The notes beneath the pieces were generated by a model. The model was not told where the DNA came from and searched no databases. It worked only from the letters and a program-made list of their open reading frames with translations. A program made the translations under genes and the position numbers. From NCBI GenBank assembly GCA_963755915.1, contig CAVWLP010000003.1:960001-1024000 (forward strand): 64,000 nt of DNA, read 5' to 3'. The DNA is from an uncultured Phycisphaerales bacterium. GTDB lineage: Bacteria > Planctomycetota > Phycisphaerae > Tepidisphaerales > Tepidisphaeraceae. Positions 15,326-26,065 of the stretch are shown piece after piece; position 1 is the first letter of the stretch, and each line of letters starts with the position of its first letter.

Positions 15326-15511
15326 TTAAGCCGCGCCCGGTTCGGTATTGCGGCTTTCGAGAATCTTCTTGCGAATGTCCGTCGCCGCTGCCTTGATCTC
15401 CTGCATCTTCTTGCGAACACGCGTTCCCGCTGCCTTATTTCCTCCAATGGCCTTGTTGACATCTTCCTCGGCCTCGGCAACGAGGCGCTTGAGGTTCTCA
15501 TATTCCTGCAT
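15326..15511 (-). CDS. Histone H1-like (Hc1-family) small basic protein
   Basis: GNKAAGTRVRKKMQEIK signature; GGAGG RBS. Confidence 0.8.
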   Translation of the reverse strand: MQEYENLKRLVAEAEEDVNKAIGGNKAAGTRVRKKMQEIKAAATDIRKKILESRNTEPGAA

Positions 15512-15661
15512 CAAAGCCTCCAATTGGGTTTACCTTGAGACGCGAAAAACTCTAATGGCACCGCCTTTGGGTGTCAAATGGGGGGGGAAACTTTTGGGCA
15601 ATGTTTGGGAATTTTTAACAGGTCGTGTGGAAACCCGCCGCAATTTGCAGAAAAAGGGGGA

Positions 15662-16519
15662 CTAGCCCCGCACGTGCTTGGCAAACGCTTCCACCAGCCG
15701 GCGTGTAAGCTGACCGGGCGTCCCCGTTCCAATCGGCCGCCCGTCGATCCGCGTCACCGGCACCACTTCCGCTGCCGTCCCCGTCAGGAAGCATTCATCC
15801 GCAATATAAAGATCGTGCCGCTGAAGCGATTTCTCCACGCATGGAATTGATAGCCGCTTGCAAAGCTCCATGATCACTTTCCGCGTCACGCCCTCCAGAA
15901 TCCCATCCGACGTTCCCGGCGTCTGAACCTGACCCTCGCGAACGATGAAAATATTGTCACCCGTACACTCCGCCACATTCCCCTCAAGATTCAGCATGAC
16001 CGCTTCCGGAACATTGGCATCCGCCGCCTCGATCTTCGCCAGGATGTTGTTCAGGTAGTTCAAGCTCTTGATCCGCGGGGAGAGCGAGTTGGCATGCGTC
16101 CGCACCACCGACGAGGTGATGATCGACATCCCTTTCTGATACGTCTCCGGTGGATAAAGCTCGATGGTATCGGCAATAATGAACGCCGAGGCAGTGGGAC
16201 ACTTGTTTGGATTCAGTCCCAGATATCCCACCCCCCGCGTCACCACCAGCCGGATGTAGCAATCCGAAAAGTTGTTGATGGCCACCGTCTCCAGCATGGC
16301 CGCCTTAAGCTGCTCCGGCGTCCGCGGCAGATTCAGCCGGATCGCCCGCGCCGAATCCATCAGCCGCTTGAGATGCGCCTCGCACTCAAAAATCTGCCCC
16401 GAATAAACCCGAATCCCCTCAAAAACCCCATCGCCATAGAGCAGACCATGATCGTAAACGCTCAGTTTCGCGTTATCGCGATCATAGAACTTTCCGTCGA
16501 TCCAAATCTTGAGGGACAT
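15662..16519 (-). CDS. ilvE: Branched-chain amino acid aminotransferase
   Basis: LLYGDGVFEGIR, KSLNYLNNILAK, ILEGVTR, FLTGTAAEV. Confidence 0.93.
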   Translation of the reverse strand: MSLKIWIDGKFYDRDNAKLSVYDHGLLYGDGVFEGIRVYSGQIFECEAHLKRLMDSARAIRLNLPRTPEQLKAAMLETVAINNFSDCYIRLVVTRGVGYLGLNPNKCPTASAFIIADTIELYPPETYQKGMSIITSSVVRTHANSLSPRIKSLNYLNNILAKIEAADANVPEAVMLNLEGNVAECTGDNIFIVREGQVQTPGTSDGILEGVTRKVIMELCKRLSIPCVEKSLQRHDLYIADECFLTGTAAEVVPVTRIDGRPIGTGTPGQLTRRLVEAFAKHVRG

Positions 16520-16564
16520 GCCAAAATAATAGCCGGATTTGGTAACAGTTGCGAGAGACAAGTT

Positions 16565-16617
16565 GAAGCGGCGTCCCGCCGCTTGCCCATCTTAAAGCGG
16601 CGGGACGCCGCTTCTAC
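16565..16617. repeat. Inverted GTAG-type REP doublet overlapping the 3' end of lolD
   Basis: gaagcggcgtcccgccgctt-N10-aagcggcgggacgccgcttc-tac; minus strand reads GTAGAAGCGGCGTCCCGCCGC. Confidence 0.75.
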
Positions 16618-17327
16618 AATCCACATTTTCCAACTCCCCGCTTTCAAGCACCAAAACCCGATCCGCCCGCCGGGCCAGCGTTCGGTCGTGCGTCACCAAG
16701 ATGATCGTCTGGTTATTCTGCTGATGGAGCCGCTCCAAAACCCCCATGATCTGCCTCCCTGTCTCCACATCCAGATTTCCCGTCGGCTCATCCGCAAACA
16801 GCACCCGGGGATTATTCATCAGCGCCCGCGCGATCGCGACCCGCTGCCTTTCCCCGCCGCTGAGATGCTGCGGCCGATGCCGCAGGCGGTGCTCCAATCC
16901 CATCTCCGCCAGCAACCGCCGCGCCTTGGTCTTTGAGCGCTGCGGATTTCGACCCATACGCCGGCAGCGAATGCTCAATCATCGACGCCAGCATCGTGTT
17001 CTCCAGGACGTTCAACTCCGGCAGCAGATGATAAAACTGAAACACGAACCCAAACTGCGCGCACCGCAAAAGCGCCCGCTGCGCCGCCGGCAGCCGCGCA
17101 ATCTCTTTCCCCTCAAACATCACCGTCCCCCCGCTCGGCTCGTCCAGCGCCCCCAGGATATGCAGCAGCGTGCTCTTCCCCGATCCGCTGCGTCCTTCAA
17201 TGGCAATAAATTCCCCTGCCGACACGCTTAGATTCACATTCTTCAGCACCTGAATCTGGCTGTCCCCCATGCGGAACGTCTTCCGCAAGCCGCTGGAGGT
17301 GAGAATGTTCTTGGCGCCCTGGGTCAT
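16592..17327 (-). CDS. lolD: LolD-like ABC ATPase, frameshift near 16950
   Basis: GRSGSGKST, FVFQFYHLLPEL, LSGGERQRVAIARAL, ADEPTGNLD. Confidence 0.85.
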
Positions 17328-17328
17328 C

Positions 17329-19002
17329 TCATTCCCACCGCAGCGCATCCACCGGATTCATTCGCGCCGCCCGGATCGCCGGCACCAGCGCCCCCAGCAC
17401 CGAAGACAAAATCGCCACCGAAACGATAATCACCACATCCCGCTGCTCCATGGTGTTGGGAATTGTGTCAAACAGATAGGTCTTGGCGTTCCAGATTTCG
17501 ATCCCCAGATGCCGCCCCATCCAGGCGTGCAGCTCATTAATGTTGTGCACCACCAGATAAGCCAGCAGCAATCCCATCCCGCCCCCCACGATGCCAATGC
17601 TCAGGCCATACCCCAGGAAAATCGCCGCCACATTCGCCCCCGTTGCCCCCACGCTTTTGATAATGCCGATATCCCGCGTCTTCTCCATCACGATCATGAA
17701 GAAGATGCAGAAGATCAGAAAAATCGCCACGATGCTGATGATCGCGAAGAGAATCACCAGCAGCGATTCCTCATGCTCCACCGCGTTCAGGAAATCCTGC
17801 TGGTGCTCATACCACGTCTCCACCTTAAGCTCCCCGGCATCTGTGTACGCCAGGTTGTTCTTCTGAAGCACATCGCCCACGACATCCGAAACCTTCGATT
17901 TCACCGCCTCCAGATCGCTCCCCGGCTTCACGCTGATCAGCAGCTCCGTGCAGCGGGCCGGAATCGTGATCGGCTTGCCCGTCGTCGCGTCCGTGGCCGG
18001 CTGCTGGTTCATCTCCAACTGCGTCTGCAATTCGTCAAACGGAAGATAAACCCGGTTCGTATCCACCTGGAAAACATTCGTATGGCTGTCGTCGATCAGC
18101 CAATAGTTATTGGTGACGGTCTTGGCCTGCAACGGATCTGAAACGTCCACATCGCTGGCCTTCAGCGCTGTCAGCTTCACCCGGGCCCGGTAAATAAAAT
18201 CCTCTCGGGCATCGTTCCCCCGCAACCCAATCACCCCGCTGCCAACAATAATCCCCCCCCACCTCGTCGGCGTCCCCTTAAACCCCTGATCCGCATACAC
18301 CGCGCTCGGCAGCGGCTTATCCCACGACGGAAACGACGCCGCCTTCGCCCGCAGCGACTGGGCCATCGCCTGCTCGTCCTGCGCATCGGCTTCCATCCCT
18401 GACGCCTCCGCCTGCTGCAAAAAATCGTTCGAAGACGCCCGCGTCGCCGCCCGCGCCTTTGCGCTGGCGGCGTTGTCCTCCAGTTGCTTCGCCCAGGTCA
18501 GCAGCACATCCGGCTGAAGATGCAAGCTCTTCACGAACCCGTTCACCTCCCCAATCTGCTTCAGATCAACCCCCACGACTTCCACCGGCACCCGAATCTG
18601 GCTCGAATCCCACGAACCCCCGATCTCCGCAAAGCCCCAGGTATGAATCGTCGGTGTGACCGCCTTGATCTCCGGAATCTCGCGAATTCCCGCCATCATC
18701 TGCTCATACCCCGAAAACCCGTCCAGCGACTGCCGATAGACGATCAGATCCCCGATGAGATCGTGGTTCGTCTCCCGAAACATCCGCAGCCAGCCTCCCA
18801 TGACGCTGATCACGATCAGAACCATGGCCGTGCAAAGCATCACCGCAATCAGCGAAACCCAGGCGATCCGGCGCTTCATCAGATAGCGGAGCATGAGCTT
18901 GGAAACCAGACGGGGGCCGGTGAGGACCTGCCAGAGAGCCAGTAGCGCAGCAATGGGGCCGAGGGCGATCAGGACGTAGATGATGATTTGGGAGGTGGAC
19001 AT
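17329..19002 (-). CDS. LolC/LolE-like ABC permease
   Basis: LIVISVMGG, EKTRDIGIIKSVGA, PAIRAARMNPVDALRWE. Confidence 0.85.
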   Translation of the reverse strand: MSTSQIIIYVLIALGPIAALLALWQVLTGPRLVSKLMLRYLMKRRIAWVSLIAVMLCTAMVLIVISVMGGWLRMFRETNHDLIGDLIVYRQSLDGFSGYEQMMAGIREIPEIKAVTPTIHTWGFAEIGGSWDSSQIRVPVEVVGVDLKQIGEVNGFVKSLHLQPDVLLTWAKQLEDNAASAKARAATRASSNDFLQQAEASGMEADAQDEQAMAQSLRAKAASFPSWDKPLPSAVYADQGFKGTPTRWGGIIVGSGVIGLRGNDAREDFIYRARVKLTALKASDVDVSDPLQAKTVTNNYWLIDDSHTNVFQVDTNRVYLPFDELQTQLEMNQQPATDATTGKPITIPARCTELLISVKPGSDLEAVKSKVSDVVGDVLQKNNLAYTDAGELKVETWYEHQQDFLNAVEHEESLLVILFAIISIVAIFLIFCIFFMIVMEKTRDIGIIKSVGATGANVAAIFLGYGLSIGIVGGGMGLLLAYLVVHNINELHAWMGRHLGIEIWNAKTYLFDTIPNTMEQRDVVIIVSVAILSSVLGALVPAIRAARMNPVDALRWE

Positions 19003-19011
19003 CAGATTGCC

Positions 19012-19151
19012 AAACCAGAAATCCGAAACCAGAATTCCGAATCAATGCCCGAAATCCGAATGACGAATGATGAGCGGACCAATTGCAATTTCATTCGGAT
19101 TTCGGTCATTCGGATTTGATTCGTCATCCTGGTTTCTGGTTTCGGATTTCA
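19012..19151. repeat. Imperfect ~140-bp palindrome built from 7-bp units
   Basis: aatccga/aaccaga/atgacga units mirrored by tcggatt/tctggtt/tcgtcat. Confidence 0.75.
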
Positions 19152-20630
19152 ATCCTGCGGTTTCATCAGCGGAAACAAAATCACGTCCCTGATGCTCTCC
19201 GCTCCCGTCAGCATCATCACCAGCCGATCGATCCCCAGCCCCAGCCCCCCCGCCGGGGGCATCCCAACCCGCAGCGCGTTCAAAAAATCCTCATCCATTT
19301 TCTGCTGCTCCTCCTTGTCACCCACCTGGTGCGCAGAGTTCTGCGCCTGCATGTCCGGGTCATTCAATTCGGTATACCCCGGCGAAATCTCGACGCCGTT
19401 GATCGCCAGCTCGTAAACATCCGCAAAAAACGGATCGGCCTGATTCTTCCTCGCCAGCGGGATGATTACCGATGGAATATGCGTCACAAAACAGGGATCG
19501 GTCAGCGTATGCTCGATCATCTTCTCATACACCTGGAAAAGCTGCTCGGCCGGCGAAATCTGCCCAAGCCGCCCCCGCACGCTCGCAAGCTCCGGGTTTG
19601 ACATCAGCTCCGGGTTCGCCTCTTCCAGCGGCCGCTTGTCAAACTTCCACCCCGTGCGCTCTTCCACAAGCTGGTCGATCCGCACGCGTCGCCACGGCCT
19701 GTTCAAATTGATCTTACGCCCGCTGGCATGCGTGATTTCAAGCGTTCCCAGCACCTTTTGCGCCACGGTGACGATCAGCTCCTCCACCAGGTCCGCCATT
19801 GTCTCCCAGCTTCCGTATGCCTCATAGACCTCCAGCATGGTGAACTCAGGATTATGCCGCGGGCTGATGCCTTCGTTTCGAAAATTCCGATTCAGCTCAA
19901 AAACTTTGGTGAATCCGCCCACGAGCAGCCGCTTGAGATATAGCTCCGGCGCGATCCGCATATAGAGCGGAATATCCAGCGCATTGTGATGTGTGACAAA
20001 CGGCTTGGCCGCCGCCCCTCCCGCCAAGATCTGCATCATCGGCGTTTCCACCTCGACAAAGCCCTTTGACGCCAAAAATTGCCGGACTTCTTTTACGATC
20101 TCAATGCGCAATTTCAGCACGCGCATCACGTCCGGATTCGCCCACAGATCGATATACCGCTGCCGATAGCGCAGCTCCACGTCGCTCAGCCCTTCCCACT
20201 TCGCGGGCGGCGGCAGCAGCGCCTTCGACGAAATCGAAACCCCCGCCGCCCACACCGTTGTCTCTCCCTTGTTTGTCTGCCCGAGTTTGCCTGACACGAC
20301 GAGCAAATCCCCAAGATCGATCAAATCCCGCACCTGCCAGTCGCGCTCGGAGAGCCGCTTCTTATCCAGGGCCACCTGCAAATCGCCCGATTCATCGCGC
20401 AGGGTCAGAAAGCTCAGCTTGCCCATATCGCGCTTGAGCATTACCCGGCCGGCAACCGTGACCTCCGGCCCTCCATCGTGCCCCATCTCCGGCTTATATT
20501 GCGATTTGACTGCCCCCAATGGCTGAATCCCGGCCGTGCGGCCGCCGTACGGATCAACGCCGATTTCCCGCAGCCGGGCCAGTTTCTGGCGCCGCTCCTG
20601 CTCATAATGGCTTGGCGATTCGTTGGACAT
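19149..20630 (-). CDS. lysS: Lysine--tRNA ligase, class II
   Basis: RYRQRY, YMRIAPELYLKRL, FRNEG, HNPEFTMLE, GMPPAGGLGLGIDRL. Confidence 0.97.
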   Translation of the reverse strand: MSNESPSHYEQERRQKLARLREIGVDPYGGRTAGIQPLGAVKSQYKPEMGHDGGPEVTVAGRVMLKRDMGKLSFLTLRDESGDLQVALDKKRLSERDWQVRDLIDLGDLLVVSGKLGQTNKGETTVWAAGVSISSKALLPPPAKWEGLSDVELRYRQRYIDLWANPDVMRVLKLRIEIVKEVRQFLASKGFVEVETPMMQILAGGAAAKPFVTHHNALDIPLYMRIAPELYLKRLLVGGFTKVFELNRNFRNEGISPRHNPEFTMLEVYEAYGSWETMADLVEELIVTVAQKVLGTLEITHASGRKINLNRPWRRVRIDQLVEERTGWKFDKRPLEEANPELMSNPELASVRGRLGQISPAEQLFQVYEKMIEHTLTDPCFVTHIPSVIIPLARKNQADPFFADVYELAINGVEISPGYTELNDPDMQAQNSAHQVGDKEEQQKMDEDFLNALRVGMPPAGGLGLGIDRLVMMLTGAESIRDVILFPLMKPQD

Positions 20631-20656
20631 CCGATTCCCTGATCTTACGGATGCCG

Positions 20657-21154
20657 CTACAAAATGAAACCAAGCACGATCAGCAGGACAACAAACAGCA
20701 GCAGCCCCCACAGCAGCCAGATGACCGCGTTAAATTGCTTCTGTTGGTCCGGCGTTAACTCCTCCGACTCAACCGGCAGCCCGCTCATCGCATTCCACCG
20801 CGGCGGTCTGCTCTGCTGCGCACTGTTCATCCCGCCCCTCGGCGGATCCGGATCGATTGGAAACCCATGCGTCATCGGCTCAAACGACTGCGACTCCCCT
20901 GCCGACGCCAGCAGTTCCCGCGCCCACTCCACCTCTGTCTCCAGCACCAAGAGGTCATACCCCCCATCCGGGTCATCCGTGCTCCGCATCTGCCCGGCGA
21001 TCCCGTGCTTGGCAAGAATCCCCTTGGCCGCATGCCACTGCCCTACCGTCGCAAACGTCTCCATCACCGCCCACGAAAGGGCGGGGCCCGCCCCGCGATA
21101 GTCGATTCCGTCCGAATATTGATCCCCGCCATATTCCATGCCCGAATTCTCCAC
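20657..21154 (-). CDS. Hypothetical protein with DUF2007-like N-terminus and C-terminal TM helix
   Basis: AKGILAKHGI...LLVLETEVEWARELL; hydrophobic C-terminus. Confidence 0.55.
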   Translation of the reverse strand: MENSGMEYGGDQYSDGIDYRGAGPALSWAVMETFATVGQWHAAKGILAKHGIAGQMRSTDDPDGGYDLLVLETEVEWARELLASAGESQSFEPMTHGFPIDPDPPRGGMNSAQQSRPPRWNAMSGLPVESEELTPDQQKQFNAVIWLLWGLLLFVVLLIVLGFIL

Positions 21155-21170
21155 CCTTCACATCTTCTCA

Positions 21171-21193
21171 CTCGCAACTCGCAACTCGCAACT
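21171..21193. repeat. Heptamer tandem repeat (CTCGCAA)x3
   Basis: ctcgcaactcgcaactcgcaact; same unit at 52701-52730. Confidence 0.75.
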
Positions 21194-21272
21194 TCATTCT
21201 ACTCCCACCTTGACTCCGCCCCCCTCACATCCGACGATTCCTTAAGATACTTTTCTTCAAGGAGTACCCGCC

Positions 21273-22106
21273 GTGATGAAGCTTTGTGGTTTTGCCGATG
21301 AGATTTCCCCCGAACTCGACGAACAGATCAAATGCTGCAAGGAAAACGGGGTCTCCCACTTCGAACTTCGCGGCGTGTGGGGAAAAAATGTCCTCGATTT
21401 CGACAAATCCGTCCGCATCGAAATCAAATCCAAACTGAAATCCAACGGCCTCGCCGTCGCTTCCATCGGTTCCCCCATCGGCAAAGTAAAAATCAACGAG
21501 CCCTGGGAAAAGCATTTCGAGCGATTCAAGATTGCCGTCGATTCCGCTGAGTTTTTTGACGCACCCATGATCCGCGTCTTCAGCTACTACCCCCCCACCG
21601 AAGGTGAGGACATTCACAAGCATCGCGATGAAGTCATCCGCCGGATGAAGGCCAAGGCCGATTTTGTCAAAAATCGCAACGTCACCCTCGTCCACGAAAA
21701 CGAAAAGGGAATCTACGGCGATAAGGGGAAGGACTGCCTCGACATCCTGAAATCCGTCGAATCGCCCAAACTGCGAGCCGCGTTCGATTTCGGCAACTTC
21801 GTACAGGTCGGTGAAAACCCCCTCGACGCGTGGCCCCTTCTCAAACCTTACACCATCCACATCCACATCAAGGACGTGATCGCGAAGGAAGACCGCGCCG
21901 TCCCCGCCGGCCACGGCGACGGACACGTCGAGGAAATCCTCCTCGACCTCAAAAACAGCGGCTACTCCGGTTTCCTCAGCCTCGAACCCCATTTGAAAGC
22001 CGCCGGCCAGTTCAGCGGATTCAGCGGCCCGGCCCTCTTCAAAATGGCCGTCGATGCCCTTAAGGCGATCTGTAAGAAAAATGGAATCGAATTGGCGAGA
22101 GCCTAA
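21273..22106 (+). CDS. Sugar phosphate isomerase/epimerase (xylose isomerase-like TIM barrel)
   Basis: GFADEIS, HENEKGIYG, FDFGNF, HIHIKD, SLEPHL. Confidence 0.88.
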   Translation: MMKLCGFADEISPELDEQIKCCKENGVSHFELRGVWGKNVLDFDKSVRIEIKSKLKSNGLAVASIGSPIGKVKINEPWEKHFERFKIAVDSAEFFDAPMIRVFSYYPPTEGEDIHKHRDEVIRRMKAKADFVKNRNVTLVHENEKGIYGDKGKDCLDILKSVESPKLRAAFDFGNFVQVGENPLDAWPLLKPYTIHIHIKDVIAKEDRAVPAGHGDGHVEEILLDLKNSGYSGFLSLEPHLKAAGQFSGFSGPALFKMAVDALKAICKKNGIELARA

Positions 22107-22116
22107 AGAATGCCGA

Positions 22117-23400
22117 ATGCCGATTCAAGAAGCAGTGAAATCTGATCCCCCCCCGCCAACTGCTGAGCATTTCCTGCCCGAAATCATCCCAATAGAAATG
22201 CCCACTCGCCTCTGGATTCCCCTCGGCACGGGCAGCGGCGATGCTAAGCCCAAGCCGCCCGGCACCACAGTCCGCCGCGGCGAGTCCGTCATCGAAAAAG
22301 CCGCCGAATCCTCCCACATCCCCCTCGCCCCCGCCTCCGGAACCCTGGGCAATGACCGCCCCATCCGCCTCACCAGCGGGCGGCCCGCCTCCGCCGTCGA
22401 ACTCATCGTCGGCCCCGATACCGCCCCCCATCAACCCAACCCCGCCGATTTCTGGGAAGAATCCTTCTCCCTCGTTCACTGGCTGGAGCGCATCCGCGCC
22501 GCCGGCGTCTGGGCCGATCGTCACGCCAGCCCCAATCTGATCGGCCAACTCAACCAGATCGTCGCCCGTCCCATCGACACGCTCATCTGCACCATCCTCG
22601 ACACCGACGCCACGCTGCGCCTCAACGCCGCCATGGCCGCCCAAAACGCCGACGCCGTCGCCCTCGGTGTCTCGGTCCTGGCCCAAATCACCGGCGCCCG
22701 CCGGTCCATCATCGCCGTTGAAATGCTCGGCGACCCGCGCTGGATCACCCCCATCCGCCGCGCCGCCCGCGCGGCAAATCTCGAAATCGTCGAAGTCCCC
22801 AATCAATATCCGCAGTCTGACCCGACGCTGATGATCTACACGCTCACCAGCCGCCGGCTACGGCCCGGCAATCTCCCCACGACCGTGGCCGTCATGCTCC
22901 TCGACGCCGCCGCGGCACTCGCCGTCGGCAAGTGCGCCCTGGGATACCACATGCTCACCGTACCCATCGCCGTCCACGACCACTCCCGCCGAATCTCCCG
23001 CATCTGCGAAGCGCCCGTCGGCGCAACCGTTCTCCACGTCCTGGAAAACCTCGGCATCCCCGCCGAGGAAATCAACGTTCGCGGCGGCGACCTGCTGCGC
23101 GACCTCCGCCTGCGCCCCGACGCGGTCATCGCCGGGGGCGAGCTCGTCCTTCACATCACCGGCCCCGAAGCCCCCGTCGTTCCCGAGCACTGCATTCGCA
23201 GCGCCTGGTGCCTCGAAGCCTGCCCCACCCAGGTCCAACCCGGTTTCATCCTCGACGCCATCCAGCGCGATGACCCGAAAATGGCCCAGCGCGCCGGCAT
23301 CGGCGCCTGCATCGAGTGCGGCCTCTGCTCCCACGTCTGCCCCTCACGACTCCCCCTCCTGCAAGCCATCAGAGAATTCCGCGGCAAGCAATACGATTAA
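22117..23400 (+). CDS. Divergent RnfC-like protein with C-terminal 4Fe-4S dicluster
   Basis: APASG, QYPQ, APVGAT, CIRSAWCLEACP, CIECGLCSHVCPSRLPL. Confidence 0.75.
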   Translation: MPIQEAVKSDPPPPTAEHFLPEIIPIEMPTRLWIPLGTGSGDAKPKPPGTTVRRGESVIEKAAESSHIPLAPASGTLGNDRPIRLTSGRPASAVELIVGPDTAPHQPNPADFWEESFSLVHWLERIRAAGVWADRHASPNLIGQLNQIVARPIDTLICTILDTDATLRLNAAMAAQNADAVALGVSVLAQITGARRSIIAVEMLGDPRWITPIRRAARAANLEIVEVPNQYPQSDPTLMIYTLTSRRLRPGNLPTTVAVMLLDAAAALAVGKCALGYHMLTVPIAVHDHSRRISRICEAPVGATVLHVLENLGIPAEEINVRGGDLLRDLRLRPDAVIAGGELVLHITGPEAPVVPEHCIRSAWCLEACPTQVQPGFILDAIQRDDPKMAQRAGIGACIECGLCSHVCPSRLPLLQAIREFRGKQYD

Positions 23401-23438
23401 CCGAATTCGCCCCTCTCTCGCAGATTTTTCTTCCATTC

Positions 23439-23472
23439 GGCAATTGGCAATCGGCAATCGGCAATCGGCAAT
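23439..23472. repeat. Heptamer tandem repeat (GGCAATY)x5
   Basis: ggcaattggcaatcggcaatcggcaatcggcaat. Confidence 0.75.
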
Positions 23473-23520
23473 CTCCCCCTCCCTTGCATTCCCCTCACCC
23501 CCAGCCGTACGTTTACGTCA

Positions 23521-24700
23521 ATGCCCGACGCTGCCGCCCCCGCGCCTCGCCCCCTCCCCCCTCCACAGCGGCATCTGCGTCCCCACCTTCATCTCCATTC
23601 AGATCATCGCCACCATGTTCCCGCTCCTCGCCGGTGTTGCAGTCTACGGCTGGCGCGCCGCGGGCACCGTCTGCGTCGTCCTCGTCAGCGCCCTCGGAAC
23701 CACCGTCGCCCTCAGCCGAGTAGGTTGGCGCGGAAGGCAAATCAAACTCTGGCACTGCATCTGGCTCGCCATCCTCGTCTCCCTCATGCTCCCCGCCCAT
23801 CTTCTCACCCGCCAAACCGTCAACGGCCAGCTCGTCTGGCCCATCCTCCCCGCCGCGGGTGTCACCGTCGCAATCCTCGTCTGGCTCCTCGGAGGCCTTG
23901 GCACCCAGCGCATCCCACCCTCCGTCGTCACCATCCTGCTCCTCTTCGTTCTCTTCCACGAATTCCTCACCCCTCAATTTGTTCTGAGAATCGATCGGCT
24001 CTTCGTCGGCGATCTGCTCGACGCCGATCCCACCCAGCAACTCGTCCCCTCGCAACAGCCCTGGTTTCAGCGCACGCCCGCGACCGGCTTCGATTCACTT
24101 GCACGCCCACCCGTCGCCAGCCAGTTACTGACGTATACCTCTTCGCAACAACGCCCCGACCGTACCAGCGTCACCATGCAGATGATGCTGCGCGACCAAT
24201 TGCCCCCGCTGGAAAACCTCATCATCGGCGGCGAAAGCAACTCCATCGGCAACGCCAGCGCCGCCGCCATCATCCTCGGCGGGCTCTTCCTCCTCTACGA
24301 AGGCATCATCGACTTCCGCATCCCCCTCCTCGGCACGCTCTCCGCCATGGCCACCCTCCTCACTCTCCCCACTCCCATCTTCATCACCGAAGCCGGCGCC
24401 CAGTGGCGATGGTTTGCCTTCCGCTGGCACTACCTCGGCTGGCCCACCGCCATGACCTTCGTCAACTACGAAATCTTCGCCTCCCCCCTTCTCTTCACGC
24501 TCTTCTATCTGGCCACCGCCCCCGGCTTGCGCCCCATCACCCGCCGCGGCCGCGCCATCTTCGCCATCCTCGTCGGCTTCCTCTCCGCCGTCTTCCAAAT
24601 GTACGCCTCCGTCGCTATCGGGCCGTACGTCGCGCTGCTGATTACGGCGCTGCTGACCCCGACCCTCGACCGGGCGATCCGGCCGCGAACGCTTGTCTAA
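23521..24700 (+). CDS. Divergent RnfD-like membrane protein; probable homopolymer frameshift near the start
   Basis: AVYGWRA, SIGNASAAAIILGGLFL, IIDFRIP, PITRRGRAIFA. Confidence 0.75.
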
Positions 24701-24705
24701 GAGGC

Positions 24706-25973
24706 ATGACCATGAACACCCGGCGCAATTTCCTCAAATCCCTCGGCGCCGCGGGCATTGCCACTGCCGCTGGCATCGCGTCCAATGCCCGGGCCGCACC
24801 GGCCACCCAAAGCATCCCCGATCAAATGGATGATCGAACTTTCTGGCTGCAAACCCTGCAACGCCTCGCCGCCCCCGTCCTGACCCATCTTTCCCGCCAC
24901 GAACTGAAGCAGGCGATGCCCGTCGAAGCGGCCAATCCCCAGGATCGCCGCCAGTACACCCACCTCGAAGCCTTCGGCCGAACTATGTGCGGCCTCGCAC
25001 CCTGGCTCGCCTCGACCAATCTCCCGGACGCCGAGGAATCCCAACGCCGCCAATTCACCGACCTCGCCCACGCCTCCCTCGACGCCGCGACCGATCCCCA
25101 ATCTCCCGATTTTCTGAACTTCACCCGCGGCGGCCAACCCCTCGTCGACACCGCATTCCTGGCTCAGGCAATTCTGCGCGCCCCAGCGCCCTCTGGCAGA
25201 ATCTAGACTCTCGCGTCCAGGGTCAGGTCGTACAAGCCTTCAAATCTTCCCGCTCCATCCCCACGCCCACTCGAAACAACTGGGTTTTATTCGCCGCCAT
25301 GGTCGAGGCAGCCCTGCATCGCATGGGCGAGCCGACCATCAAGCAGCGACTCGACGATTGCGTAACCCGAATGCTCGCCTGGTACAAAGGTGACGGCATC
25401 TACGGCGACGGGGAGCCGTTTCACTTCGACTACTACAACAGCTTCGTCATCCACCCCATGCTTCTCGACGTCCTGGCCGTCCTGAAGGAGAAAGACAAAT
25501 CCTACGAGCCGGCTTACGCGACCGCCCTCAAGCGCGCACGGCGTTACGCGGTAATCCAGGAGCGCCTGATCGCCCCCGACGGCACCTTCCCCTCCGTCGG
25601 CCGATCGACAACCTATCGTTTCGGCGCCTTCCACGCCCTCGCCCAAATCTCCTTGATGGGCCAATTGCCCGACTCGCTGAAACCCGCCCAGGTCCGCGCC
25701 GCCCTGACCGCCGTCATGCGCAAAACGCTCGCCCCCCCCGAAACCTTCGACGCGCAAGGCTGGCTGCGCATCGGCTTCTGCGGCCATCAACCCGCCCTGG
25801 CCGAGCAATACATCTCCACCGGCAGCCTCTATCTCTGCACCGCCGCCCTCCTCCCCCTCGGCCTCCCCCCGGCCGACCCTTTCTGGTCCTTACCTTCCGC
25901 CCCCTGGACCTCCCAACAACTCTGGTCGGGCGAAAACCTCCCCACCGACCACGCCCTTCCCGATTCTTTATAA
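24706..25973 (+). CDS. Tat-exported DUF2264-family protein, frameshift near 25185
   Basis: TRRNFLK Tat motif; HLEAFGR, QPLVDTAF, NNWVLF, DYYNSFVIHPM, GRSTTYR, YISTGSLY. Confidence 0.82.
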
Positions 25974-26065
25974 ATTGACGCGATTTCCGCGCTTCCGCAC
26001 CGTCCTATCTAAATACCGATCCCCCTATCCAGTTAGATACCGGATCGGCGAAAATACCCGGTTCA

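Noticed and set aside
19012-19151. CRISPR array
   Set aside because: Units are 7 bp with no unique spacers, and there are no cas genes.
23521-25206. 561-aa ORF spanning the RnfD-like and DUF2264 genes
   Set aside because: Most of it is an Arg/Pro/His-rich off-frame reading of rnfD; only its ends belong to real genes.
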